From Paraspadella gotoi (taxonomy: Eukaryota > Animalia > Chaetognatha), in contig CM119266.1 of assembly GCA_051294375.1 (NCBI GenBank), forward strand, positions 9,184,538-9,248,537: a stretch of DNA of 64,000 bases, given 5' to 3'. Of the stretch, positions 38,620-51,800 are shown piece by piece; the first letter of the stretch is position 1; the number at the start of each line of letters is the position of its first letter. The position numbers and the translations under genes are program-made. Under the pieces are notes generated by a model. That model had not been told where the DNA came from. It made no database searches and saw nothing but the letters and a program-made list of their open reading frames with translations.

Positions 38620-40974
38620 AGGTAATTTTAAGAAAAATTGTTGATTAGTATCATAATTACTATTATTATTAATATTTATTTGATAATTTTTATTGATATT
38701 TTCAGTATTATTATCAGTATCTGAAGACAGAATTGATTTAATCTGAACTGATCTTTCACAGTTTTTGTCACTTTCTCTGCTTTTTTGTGGGAATCTTTTT
38801 TGTTCAAAATTTTTCAAATTAAATTCTTACCTAAATGGTTATACAGGATTTAAAATATAAAAATTCATTAGATGATTCTTATTTCGTTATTAATTTATTT
38901 GTCCAAAACACTTATTCATGATTTTTTATTATTACCTATTTAATATTTATATCATTTTAAAATATTTCCCTTATATTAAAGGCAGCAATATATAAATAGT
39001 ACATTATTGGTAGATATAAAAAATAAAAAAATTATTAAATATTTTGAGCCTGGTTCAAAGCCCAGGACCCGTTCCATTGCTATTGAGGGGGCACAGAAGA
39101 TACAGATAATAATCTTCAGTACACTTAGCGCCTTATCCACACTGGTAAGCTCATCTTGTCGAGTGTATTCTAACCTTATTCCAGGCCCCAAGACTTGCTG
39201 AAGATTGCTCCTTTCTCTCCACTGAAAGCAGAATAGAGTGGGTTACAATCTGGGGGGCATTTAGTTCCCCCCACTTGTAAGTGTGTCACCTTCAGTCTTA
39301 ACCCGGTAGCTAATTTAGTAATACCATCAGCTCATAGCCCTTAGGTACTGGGATCAATCCCCAATGGTACCTACCCTGTAGGAAGCATGACGGCCATAAA
39401 CGTTTTGGGGGCCTGGAAAACCCTCAAGCTAGGTTCAAAGCTCAGGAACCATTCTGCTGAAGGGGCACAAAAGATACGGATAGTAGTCTTCAGCCCATGT
39501 AGCGCCTTATCCACATACTTTCTCTCACTAAATCTTTAAAAATTTTTTGTCATAATCTTATTTTTTTGTACCTCCCAATAATATTCTACTTATATATAGC
39601 TGCTTTTAATATAAAGCAAAGATTTTAAAATGACATAAATATTAAATAAGTATCAAATCATGAATAAATGTTTTGGACAAATAAATTATTGATGAAATGA
39701 AAATTGTAAAATAAGTTTTTATAAAATATTATCCTTAGATTCTGCAAAACCTTTTCTTTAGTGATAATTTAATTTGAATTATTTGCACACTAAAAAAGCT
39801 GAAAAAGCGACAAAAACAGAAAAAGACCAGGTCATATTGAATCAATTCAGATACTTATCTGATGCAAGGTAATAAATAATATTTTACCTGAATTTCGATT
39901 TATTTATTTTTTTTTTAAATTATTTGAAAAAAAATTTTTATTATAAAAAAATATTTTATAAATAAAAAATAAAAATGTCTTTGTTATGTTTATATTTATT
40001 ACTTATTAACCTTTATTACTAAATATTATAAAAGGTTTATTTAATAAAACTTCAAGGTTAAGAAAAGTAAACTGACTTGCCATGTTTAATATGAGAAAGA
40101 GTTAAGGTTTAACCAAATAACAAAAAATTTACCAATAAATAGATTAATTAGTAAGTTTAATTAAATTTAATCAATATAATAATAATGTTATTATTAATAA
40201 TATCAATAATAATGATAAAATAATATTAATAATAGTTGGAATTATGGTACTATTTAAAAATTTGTACTAAAATTATCAAAAATATTTATTAAAATCGATT
40301 TTATCTTAAAAGTTCCTATAAATTCTTAAGTTCAAACACCGCCGAAAAGGCGATTGTACTCTATCATTTTATCGCTCTTGTGAGTTTTATTCCGGTCAAT
40401 TTTTTTTGTTTTTATGATTCCAAAATATAGAGCAGACAAAAAAAAACAAATATAAGAAATCGTTAAAAGAGATCCAGTGTAGTTATTGATTTTTGATTGA
40501 TCTAGTGGTTAAGGATTGATATTAGATTAGGTTAGTGGTTAAGGAATGAGATTAGATTAGATAGTAGCTTAGGAATTAGGGTTAGAGATAAAGTTAATGA
40601 TTTGGTAAACATTTTGGTTAGGAATAAAGGTGAAGAGAAGGTTAGGGATTAGGGCTTGGAATTAAAGATTACAGTTAAGGATTAGGTTTGGGTTCATGAT
40701 CAGGTGAGGGATTGGTTTAAAGTTTTAAAAAGATATATATGATTCTTTTTGATTGTTTTTGTTAAAGAAGGAAAATAAAAAAAACAACTTTCTTTTACAC
40801 TTTTTTATGAATTCAATAAACGTGGATAATTATGATGCAAAACGGCATAAAAAGCCCTAAAAATAAAAAAAATAAAAAAACGCCATATTAGCGTATAAAG
40901 ACTATCATATATCGAAATTTCTTGTCACATAGTTAATTACATAATTAATTACATAGCCGCCAGAGACGTCTCAC

Positions 40975-41143
40975 TTATGCTTTTATCAAGACCAATAGCT
41001 CTGACGAATTCGTGGATCCGCTTTGCGTGTCCCTCGATGCTATTGTGGTCGCTCTTCTTGTAGGTCGTCCCAAACTGACCCGGCATCTGGACGAGGACGG
41101 AGTGAATCGAGGGCAGATGCGCCATCAAAAACATACCCGACTC
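40975..41143 (-). CDS. ABHD6-like hydrolase exon (ESGMFLMAHLPSIHSVLVQMPGQFGTTYKKSDHNSIEGHAKRIHEFVRAIGLDKSI)
   Basis: Matches the ABHD6 segment H-LVCVDMPGHEGTT...SIDGQVKRIHQFV. Phase 0/1, joins in frame to the GHSLG exon. Confidence 0.92.
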
Positions 41144-42519
41144 CTGAGTCAATAGGAGTCGATGTGAGGTACGTTAAGGGCAATTCGGCGTAATAAAATA
41201 AAAAAAGTTGAAGACGCTCTTTTCACATTGCCTTCGTCGCTGTTCATTGTCGTTACTCTATAGTTTATAGTTTATATTTTTAGCTTTCCTCATTTTTTGT
41301 AGATATTGCGACATGCCACTTGTCGTTATCGGTCCGGGCATGCCTTCCCTTTATTTTGTTATGTTCTGGGGCATGTCTCCCCTGCTCACTATGATCGAAA
41401 GTGAACGTTAAAAATCGGAAAATTATACTAATGACATATTCGGATAGCTTAACACGAGTAATTCTTGAAACTTTAGGTAGGATTATTCCCATAAATCTTT
41501 TAAATATTCCAAAAAAGGGACAAAAATGTTATCTTTTTATTTGTTTACGTTTCCTAAAGATGAATCAAACGCTAAAGCGGAGTTTTTTGGCTTTATTTAA
41601 TTATTTTTTACCTCTCAAATAACGGTAAATAAATTTAAAAGAGAAAAAAAATGATTCAATAATTAAATCCACTTTCAAAATCGCAGTTAAAGATAAATAA
41701 TTTGAACGTTAGTAAATAGGTTTATCGGGATTAGAAAAAAAATTAATGTTGAAAATAAATTTTAGCATTTACTTATGTTTGCGCGATCGTTGCGGATGAA
41801 ATCCGTGAACACATCAAGTGCGTTTATAAGTCAATCATTATATTTAATTAGAATGGTAGTGATTCCCATGATTCCCTATATATATTTAAGCTAGTTTCAA
41901 AAAACTCAGATACAGTAAAACCATTTTAAGAACAAAATTTTGTATTTAAATCAATGCTAGGGTATCCAGTTTGTTTATCAATATTATAAAAAAAAAAGTA
42001 AATTCATCATAAAGTTCCTGGAATATAGCTTCGGACAAAGTGAGTCTGAAATAAAGAAAAAGCCCCTTATATCTCCTAAGAATGATTTGCAAACGATATT
42101 GCTTGAGAGGTTTCCGATGATAGCCCTAATTAATAAAAAGCTTATAATTTTTGTACGTGGAACTAGCACTTCTTTACCGCGATAAAAAAAATAATTCGAT
42201 GATAGTTGCTGCGGTATTCCTTTTCATGAAAATGAGAATACACATTGAAGTTTGGAAAAGATTCTGAGCGTTTTTTTCTATCAACCAGAAAATACCGAGT
42301 TGCCGGAAACGCCCTCTTCACGGTTAACTTTATTATAGTTGCTTTAGATGATATTATTACTATTTTATCTGTAGATAACATAATGGACTTTCCTAAATGG
42401 ACAGTATTTTATTTTATTGTAGTTACTAGTATCATTTATTTACTGTCATCTTTATTTACTGTCATCTTTCTGCTTTGTAAACAACCGTTTTATCTTTCTG
42501 ACTCGTCGACTCTTGGTAA

Positions 42520-43082
42520 TTAGACGGTGTGGCGGTATATTCACACCGCCTCACGTCCACCATCCTTCAATCAAATCCATTGGCTCAGAGGGGGAACACA
42601 CCATCCCAGGCGTAGTGTTCCATCCACAGTCCTAACGACTTCCCTCTGCGTTGGCAAAGCGAGACCGTCCTAGGGTAACCGCGCCAGTGACTGGAGGCGT
42701 CACTGAGGGTCGGAAGCCCCCAAAGCCAACAGTCAGATGCCCCATCCCAATGGGCATCACAGGCAACCCGGCTGTTGCCATAACGGGACTGTTGTCTCAA
42801 ATATGAACGTTTTGAGGAAGGGCTTATCTGCTTAATGACCGAGAGGAGAGGGGTTCGCCGTGCCCCTCTTACGGTGTGGATTGCTCTCTCACTTAGTATG
42901 CCGAAATGTTATTTTGGAGATTTTCTGTCGCGTGCCTTGCTCTCCGTAATTCGAATCCGGAATTGGTTTAAACGGCCCGTTACTCTTTCTCCAATTACAG
43001 GTGCGCCCAGGGTATGAACCTGGGGCCATTGTGTTTGGAAGGCGCAGTAATGCTCAACGGCTATCGACTATAGTCGGCTGAT
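42520..43082 (-). mobile_element. tRNA-Gly(TCC)-derived SINE-like element with a structured body
   Basis: Minus-strand head tag..gttgagcat..ctgc.ccttccaa..ggccccaggttcataccctgg resembles tRNA-Gly with a B box. GC-rich hairpin-dense body inside an intron. Confidence 0.55.
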
Positions 43083-43130
43083 GCCACGACAATTTGATGT
43101 AATATAATATGAACTCAAAAATGCTCTCAC

Positions 43131-43277
43131 CGTCGGGCAAATCAGCGACGGAATGTAAAGCACGGAGGGTCGATCCAATTCCGAGGCAGGTTTTCCCCTT
43201 TCGAGATAAATGAAGGAAAAATGTTCCGTTTTGAGTTCGATTTTTTTTCGTTTAAATTTCGTCACCCTCATTTTCGC
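43131..43277 (-). CDS. ABHD6-like hydrolase upstream exon (AKMRVTKFKRKKIELKTEHFSFIYLERGKPASELDRPSVLYIPSLICPT)
   Basis: 147-nt phase 0/0 exon with TTTCAG and GTGAGA sites. Resembles ABHD6 F-x-Y-x-x-RG-x-P...PS-x-L. The first exon was not identified. Confidence 0.8.
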
Positions 43278-45862
43278 CTGAAAGGAAAAAAAAAAGTTTG
43301 TTATTTTCCATGCCCCGTTCGAGGTAGGGGCTGTGTCAGGACTTAATCTGGTAATTCCTGTTCGATTTTGTTTTCAGATTAATTCAGCCCCTTTGAGATT
43401 TTCCCGCCACCCCCTCCTCCCTATGAGCTTGTCCGCTCGGCCTTGTCGAGGGCGTCTACACGACCCTGGTTGTTAGACTCGTAAGACGCACTTTTAGAAT
43501 GCATATTGATTCTAGATGGAATCGGACAATCGTACCTTTATGGTGAGTTCTGCGGCGAATTTCTCGAACAACCCCATCCCCTTTCAAAATTGAAATTACA
43601 GGCTTTGCTTAAAATCTACCGCTGAAAAATTCGTTGTCTTTCAAGATCTTAGAAAATAAAATCAGAAAGTTACAGACCCTAACTCTTTTGACTATTTAAT
43701 TTATGGTTTTGAATATTTTTTTTTAATTTTACTTTACAAAGCGATTTACAAAGAGTCATGCTTATAGGCGGGGGGAACCGAGGCAATGCCCGACAACAAA
43801 CATATGGCCGACGATTCGACCGACCTTTTCGTCCCCGTTGGGTCACTTGATATGACCGACGTTTCTTTCGCTCTTTCTCTCTCTTTCTGACTCGTGTTCT
43901 TCTCCTTATAAGTTGACAGTATGGTGGACTAAAATCCACCAACCGTTCATCATTAAAGGAGGAAATTGGATATAAAAGAAAACGTGAAAGCGACCTCTTG
44001 GGGGAAAAAAAAGATTGTTGCGGGGAAAAAAAAAGAAGGCAATGCCGGTACATTTGGCATAAAATCGACAGAGAGTAGAAATCGTGAGGCGTAACGCGAA
44101 AAACGGGGAAATTGCCGAATCGACAGAAAAAAAAAAAACAAAAAACAAAAAACAAAAAAACACGTGAAAACTGGTCTATAAATTTGTAAGATTGGAGATG
44201 AAACCCGGTCACGTGACTACGAACGAATGTTCGGCTACGTATCTTTGCGTTTCAGTGCGGAGAGGAAAATACAGGGTGCGTGCTAGAAGTAAGGTTTAAA
44301 AACGTTAGCATGATAAGGGGAGGGGAGCATAAACGCGATCGCTTTGGAAATTTGCGGCAAAACAAAAAAAAATAACGGGCGACTTAAAGACTAAGACAAT
44401 CGCTTTGAACAAGTAGATGGCGCAATTGGAATAGATGGCGGAATAGGGAAGAATGCGCAATGGCACAAATTGTTGACAGATTGATCGGAATTGGGAGACG
44501 GTGAAACTACAGGATGTCGGCAAGAACGTCGAATTTTCAAGATGCGAAATGGCATTCGAACTACCGCCGGGTGGTTTTGCCAAGCTGAAACCAGGTGTTC
44601 CAGCTGGCGTCTCGCCAACCGGTAATCAACCAGCTGGCGACACACGAACTGGAAATCAAGCACGTCATCGGCCATTGCGTCCAGCGGAAACCAGGCTTTT
44701 CCAGTGGCGTCTTCCAACTGGAAACCAGGCGCTCGAGCCGGAGTCGCAGCCAACGAAGACGTAAATTTCCCGGCGAAAAGTTGAACAGCTGTAGTCTGGA
44801 ATCTATTACGGTCGAAGTGTCTTTTTAGATTTATAATTTAATTAGATAGGTAATAATAAAACTTTCGTCTTAAATTCATAGATAGCTGTTTGAAAAAAAC
44901 TACGTATATTCATTTGAAAGTTATAATTTGTAATTATTTACGTTTATAATATATACTTATATATGTTTATATTGGTTGTATAAATTTCATATATATTATA
45001 TGTATTCATAAAATAATCAAATGCTTACTTTTACGATTTGAAGAAACTTTAAAATGGGGGCAAAAATGAAGAACGAGGGAAAAACCCGTTTAACCAACGG
45101 CGCCATTTCAAGTTCTTAGCCTCGTTTTCGCCCCCGGATTTTCGCCCCGTGGCAGGGCTAAACGGAAAGAATGTGACGAAAAAGGGTCGTGACGCGAAGG
45201 ACTCGGAAGCGCATTGACTCAGAGAAGACGGCGCGAAAGATGTTTGGTTTGAAGATATGTGTGTGTGTGTGCATGTGTGTCACTGTGCATGTGTGGATGA
45301 GACGAGCTTTTTATTTAGGCTCAACGTATAACGGAAAAAAGAAAAAATGATTTTCCTAATGGACAAGAACGGTGTCAATAAGCAATAGAGTATAAACATA
45401 TTATACTATGGCGACGTGGAAAAGAGACAAAGTTTAAGATAATATACATTTATTACAATGTAAAACGTGAGAATAGTACATAATAATGAAAGGTTTATTC
45501 AGTGAGAGTATCGTCCAACGCTGTTGAAGAGACAGTAATTATTGATAAGTGTTAATGACAGAACCGTTCAATATAAGCAGTCCCTGATCTTCGGATCAGG
45601 GCTGTAACACCATGTTACAGGCGGGTTAAGCGCCCCGTCCTCTTAACTCACCAGACGACCATGGGCTAGAACCCCGACCTTTGGAGGCGAATGACTGCTC
45701 CGGCACAATGGCCGCNNNNNNNNNNNNNNNNNNNNNNNNNGTCATTAACACTTATCAATAATTACTGTCTCTTCAACAGCGTTGGACGATACTCTCACTT
45801 TCATTATTATGTACTATTCTCACGTTTTACATTGTAANNNNNNNNNNNNNNNNNNNNNNNNN

Positions 45863-48800
45863 TGGTTTAGAGTTTCGAGATATTAGGATTATTGTTGATG
45901 AGAATTAGGGTTAAAGATTTTAGCTCAAGGGTTTGGGCATTCATACTTAAAGATTATGTGGAGGCTAGAAATTGTGCTTTTTCGGTTTCCGTTGGCGATT
46001 TTGGAAAAGAGAGCCGAAATTTTTTATGTTTAAAAATATGAAATATTATTCAATTTCAGCCCGCGTAATTGCAATGGAGCTAATTGAGCCAGATTAGCCA
46101 ATTGGAGCCAATTGAGAAGAATTGAGTAGAATTCGAGACCAAATTGCGAAAAATGGAAACAATTGAGTTTTATTGAATTGATGACTTGAGACAATTGAGG
46201 TGTCCTTGTAGCTAGAATATTTGAGCATATATTATAGAGAATTAGAGTACAATTTGAGTCAATTGTTAGAAAATTTGAGAAAACCAATTGAGCCAATAAA
46301 CGAGATCTGAGAAATTGAAGTGCTTTATTATTAAGAAAATTGAAGCCAATAAAGAGATTTGAGACAATTGAGCCAATTGAGACATATGAGACAATTTTGA
46401 GCCAAAATCTAGAAACAATGAGCCAATTGAGACTTTTGGAGCTAATGAGATGTAAATTGAGAAATTGAGCGCAATTTGAAAAAAATAGAAATCAATTTGT
46501 ATGTTCTTCTTATTATGATGTATTAGTAGTATTCTCTTCCACACTTACGCCAATTGAACAATTTGAGTCCAATTTAGAAATATTTGATACAATCGATTCG
46601 CCAATTGAGCCAATTGAGTATCTTTTGAGCCATAATGAAGAATTGTAGAAATTGAGCCATTATTGAGAGAATTAAGACAATTGATGCTTTTAATTTTTGA
46701 GTAAAATTGAAAAAGATTTAAACAATTGAGCAATTGAGTACAATTGTTAGAGAATTGAGGACAATTGAGTAAATTGAGGATAACATTGAGTCTTCAATGC
46801 ATCAACTTTGCAGTTGACGTACATTTTCTATGTACATGCTCACTATTTCTAAATTTGTATCCTGTGTTTGACTCTTTGTTTTCGTTCACCAGAAAATCTT
46901 CTCTCGTAGTTCAAAAGCCATACTACTGTAAATATTCTTCTTACTGATAATGTTTAATCAATTTCGTATTTGTTACCTTTCTTTGGAGGGCTATTCCTTG
47001 CAGAAGCAAAGAGAGGAAACCAAGGGCTTTTTAAATTCTTCCTACTCTGGTTATATAAATTTTAAATCAAAATACATTTAATTAATAACTGTCAAAAGTA
47101 ATTTTGTGCCCTTTTCGTTTACAATACCGATTCGACAAATGTTGTAAATCTATAGGGTATGTATATTTGTATATTTGTATTATATTCTCTTTTATTGTTA
47201 TTTGAACGATCTACTTCCACATCTTGGTCAATTCACTGGTTTAGTCGGGTTTCAAATAATGAATGAGCTTTCCCATTAAAAATTGCGGAACCCCTTGAAT
47301 CCCAAGATGTTTATTATAATAGATTAATCTTGGCTCTACGAGTTCATGCTCTGTAAATTTCTGTGTTAATCTTATGCCCGGACTCAACCAACAGTGTGTA
47401 TTTGATTTTATGAGCGTTATTAGAGCGGACATTATGCCTGAAGCTTTGTACTTTGTTATCATGTTGTCTATTAGTAAGTGGCTTTGTGCAACTTTTCTAT
47501 GGCGCCCTCTTCAGATGAAGTTCGTTGTCACTGATAGACTCCCGCCTTAAAACTCACATCATCATGCATAGGATAGACTATCATTGTCATGGAGTCATCG
47601 TTCTAATGCATATTGTCATCATGGACATTATCGTTATTACTTCTTTGTCAAAAAAATGCTAATATTATAGTCGAAATGATATTTCGTTTGTCACGTAAAA
47701 TACGAACAATTTTGGGTTTTTATCGTTTGGGCTAAATTCAGTAATTAGGCGTTTTTGTAATTTTGGTGTTTAAAGATATAGGTTAGTGGTTAAAGAGATG
47801 AGATTAAATTAGGTTTTAGTGGTTTTTTAGGATTTAGTTATTTATATTAGGTTAGTGGTTTTAAGATTGAGAATTTTAATTAGGTTATGGTGGAAGTTCT
47901 GTTGAGATTAAATTAGGTTAGTGGTTAAGATTGGAGATTAAATTAGGTTTAAGTGTTAGATTGGAGCTTAAATTAGGTTAGTGGTTAAGGATTGAGATTA
48001 GATTAGTTAGTGATTAAGGATTGAGATTAGATTAGGTTAGTGGTTAATAGATCAACAAAAATGCAATAACCACACTGTTTGGTTTTTATATTTGTTTGCT
48101 CTATACATTTCATCGATCAAATTGATAGAGTACATCCCACTTTTTTGCGGTGTTTGAACATAATAATTTTATAAGTCACTTTAAAAGATAAAATCGATTT
48201 TAATATATTTTAAGGTAATTTTAAAAACCAAGTTTTGAAGAGAGATTTAACAACGAATTTTTATTTCAGATAGTGAAACGGAACATGTTTTCGACTCAAT
48301 ACGCAGTCCCTTCTTAGCGCCAATATCAATTGTGAGATTTGAAGAGAATTTTGTGCATAAAGAAAGAGAGAGAGAGAGAGAGAGACAGAGAAGTTTCCAC
48401 AGCAGAGTTTTGACAGAGAAAGGATAGTGTTCAGTTTTTTAATTTAGGGACAGGTGAAAGGTGAGGACAGAGATACGTTTGTGGAAAAGAAAATTGAAAT
48501 GGAGAGACGCCGAGAGAGAGACGAGAGCGACGTGCCTGAAAATAAATTACATATGAACATGTTACAACAATGTTAAAATTTTGGTCAACTTTAATAATGA
48601 ATAATAATCAACATTAGCTACAGTAATAAGATTAGTGAAATGAAAAATAGAAGTTCAGAAATGTGAAATATTTATTGTTTAGTTGAGGGATAGCTAAGTA
48701 ATTAGGAAAAGGGAATGTGTCAAGTAATAAGAAAAGAGGCTCAAAAATGAGCTGGCCCCCCTTGGTTATGACAAATGAAGGGCTAGATTGATAAGGTGGG

Positions 48801-51800
48801 TCATTTGATGTGTCATTGGCTGAGAGGACAGGTTGGTGGAGGCCTACTAGTGCAGCGTGGGAAGACTTCTTGCGGGAAGAAACCAAAGGCTACTCGAGAT
48901 GTCTCTCTTTGGCCTGGTACGATGCCTGCCGAGCTGCCCTCTTCTTGCCTGCTGGGCGAGTGTGGGCGGCTGTCTATTCTTGGCCACTTTCGCGACAGAG
49001 TGGTGGCCTCCCCCCTTCGCTCCTGCAGCCGTCGCTCGTTGGGGCGGCGCTCCGTCCACAGAGGAAGGGAATGAGTTGCTGCCGTTTGAAGGAGTATCAG
49101 TCTGCCCATTGCCTGCGCAAGGGTCTCCGCCTATCTCGTGAGTGGAGATGGGGAATCATTGTGGCGGACGTGGTGGAGACGGGGCCTTCACCATGCTTTT
49201 GATAACGCGAATCATAGCTTGGAGGGAGCTGCGATATCGCCTCCATCACGGTTCAAAGAGGGCTCGAGGGCTTTGATGTAGATTGCCTCTCTAATCCTCT
49301 TGAAAACGCAGCTTGGGTCCATTTTGAGCTCTTTCATTTATTAAACTTGAAATTTCCTTTTCCTAATTACTTAGCTTATCCCTACTAACAATATAATATT
49401 TCACATTTCTGGAACCTTCTATTTCATTCACTAATGTTATTACTGTAGCTTAATTGTTGATATTATTCATTTATTAAAGTTTTACCAAAATTTTAACATT
49501 GTTTACATTTTCATAATGTACTAATTTTTCAGGCACTGTCTCTCTCTCTCTCTCTCTCCATTTCACTTTCTTTCACAACTATCTCTGTCCTCACCTTCAC
49601 CTGTCCCTAATAAAAAACTTGAACACTATCCTTTCTTTCTGCAAAACTCTGTGTTGGAAGTTTGCTCTGTCTCTCTCCTCTCTCTCTCTTTCTTTATGCC
49701 TCAAAATCTCTTCAAATTCACAAATTGAACACTTGGCGCTTGAAAGAAAGATCGTATGTGAAGTCGAACATGCCGTTTCACCTATGAATAAAAATCGTTG
49801 TTAAATCTCTCTTCAAACTTTGTTTAAAATCAAATCACACCGAAACAGAAAGGAAAAAAAAAAAAAAAATAAAAAAACACAAGGTAATTTTTAAGAAAAA
49901 ATTTTGTTGATTAGTATCATAATTACTATTATTATTAATATTTATTTGATAATTCTTTATTGAATATTTTCAGTATTATTATCAAGTATCTGAAAAGAGC
50001 ATGAATTGATTTATGCTGAACTGATCTTTCAACAGTTTTGTCACTTTCTCTGCTTTTTTGTGGGAATCTTTTTTGTTCAAAATTTTTTCAAATTAAATTC
50101 TTACCTAAATGGTTATCCAAGGATTTAAAATATAAAAATTCATTAGATGATTCTTATTTCGTTATTAATTATTATTTGTCAAAACACTTATCTCCATGAA
50201 TTTTTTATTATACCTATTTAAACTATTCTACTAATCATTTTAAAATATTTCCCCTTATATTACAAGGTGAGCAAATATATAAATAGTACATTATTGTAGA
50301 TATAAAACATAAAAAATTATCTAAATATTTTGAGCCTGGTTGCAAAGCCCAGGACCCCGTTCCATTGCTATTGAGGGGGCACAGAAGATAGCAGAATAAT
50401 AATACTTCAGTACACTTAGCGCCTTCCACATGGTAGCTCATCTTGTCGAGTGTATTCTAACGCTATTCCAGGCCCAGACTGCTGAAGATTGCATTGCTTT
50501 CTCTCCACTGAAAGCAAGAAATAGAGTGGGTTACAATCTGGGGGGCATTTAGTTCCCGCCCACTGTGTAAGTGTGTCCCTTCAGTCTTAACACCGGTAGC
50601 TAATTAGTATACCATCAGCTCATAAGCCCTTAGGTACTGGATCAATCCCCAATGGTACCCTACCTGTGGAAGCATGACGCCATAAACCGTTTTGGGGGCT
50701 GGAAAACCCTCAAGCTAGGTTCAAGCTCAGGAACCATTCTGCTGAAGGGGCACAAAAGATACGGTAGTAGTCTTCAGCCCATGTAGCTGCCCTTATCCAC
50801 ATACTTTCTCTCACTAAAATCTTTTTACATTTTTTGTCAATATATCTTATTTTTTTTTTGTACCGTCCCAATAATAATTCTACTTATAATTATAGCTGCT
50901 TTAATATACAGCAAAGATTTTAAAATGACATAAATATTACATAAGTATCAAATCATGAAGTACTAATGTTTTGGACAAATAATTATTGATGAAATGAAAA
51001 ATTTGTAAATAAGTTTTTATAAAATATTATCCTTAGATTCTGCAAAACCTTTTCTTTAGTGATAATTTTAATTTGAATTAATTTGCCACAGCTAAAAAAG
51101 CTGAAAAAAAGCGACGAGACATAGACAGAAAAAGACCAAGGTTCATATTGAATCAATATTCAGATTACTTAGTCTGATGCAAAGGTAAATAATAAAATAT
51201 TTTAAACCTGATTCGATTTATTTATTTTTTTTTTTTAAATTATTTGAAAAAAAATTTTTATTATAAAAAAATATTTTTATAAATAAAATAAAATGTCCTT
51301 TGTTATGTTTTATATATTATTACCTTATTAACCTTTTTATTACTAAATATTATAAAGGTTTATTTAAATAAAACTTCAAGGTTAAGAAAAGTAAATGACT
51401 TGCCATGTTTTAATATGAGAAAGAGTTAAGTTTGAACCAAATAACAAAATTTACGCAATAAATAGATTAATTAGTAAGATTATAATTAAATTTAATCAAT
51501 ATAATAATAATGTATTATTAATAATATCAATAATAATGATAAAATAGACATTAATACTAGTTGGAATTATGGTACTATTTTAAAAATTTGTACTAAATTA
51601 TCAAAAATATTTATTAAAATCGATTTTAATCTTAAAAGTTCCTATAAATTCTTGAAGTTAAACACCGCCGAAAAGGCGATTGTGCTCTAGTGTTATTTTA
51701 TCGTCTTGTGGTTTATTCCGGTCAATTTTTTGTTTTAATGATCGGCAAAATATAGAGAGGAAAAAAACAAATATAAGAAATCGGTTAAAAGAGATCGCAG

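Larger units (their letters stand above)
37134..40504. mobile_element. Non-autonomous hAT-type foldback DNA transposon
   Basis: TIRs tagatcaa..aaaatcaataac.acactg / cagtgtagttattgatttttgattgatcta. 8-bp TSD GTGGTTAA at 37126-37133 and 40505-40512. Long internal imperfect palindromy. Confidence 0.85.

Noticed and set aside
43000-43082. Functional tRNA-Gly gene
   Set aside because: The cloverleaf is degenerate and the acceptor stem poor; better explained as a SINE head.
44305-44583. First (transmembrane) exon of the hydrolase
   Set aside because: It lies in the segment whose orientation is doubtful, has no convincing donor, and its frames differ between copies.
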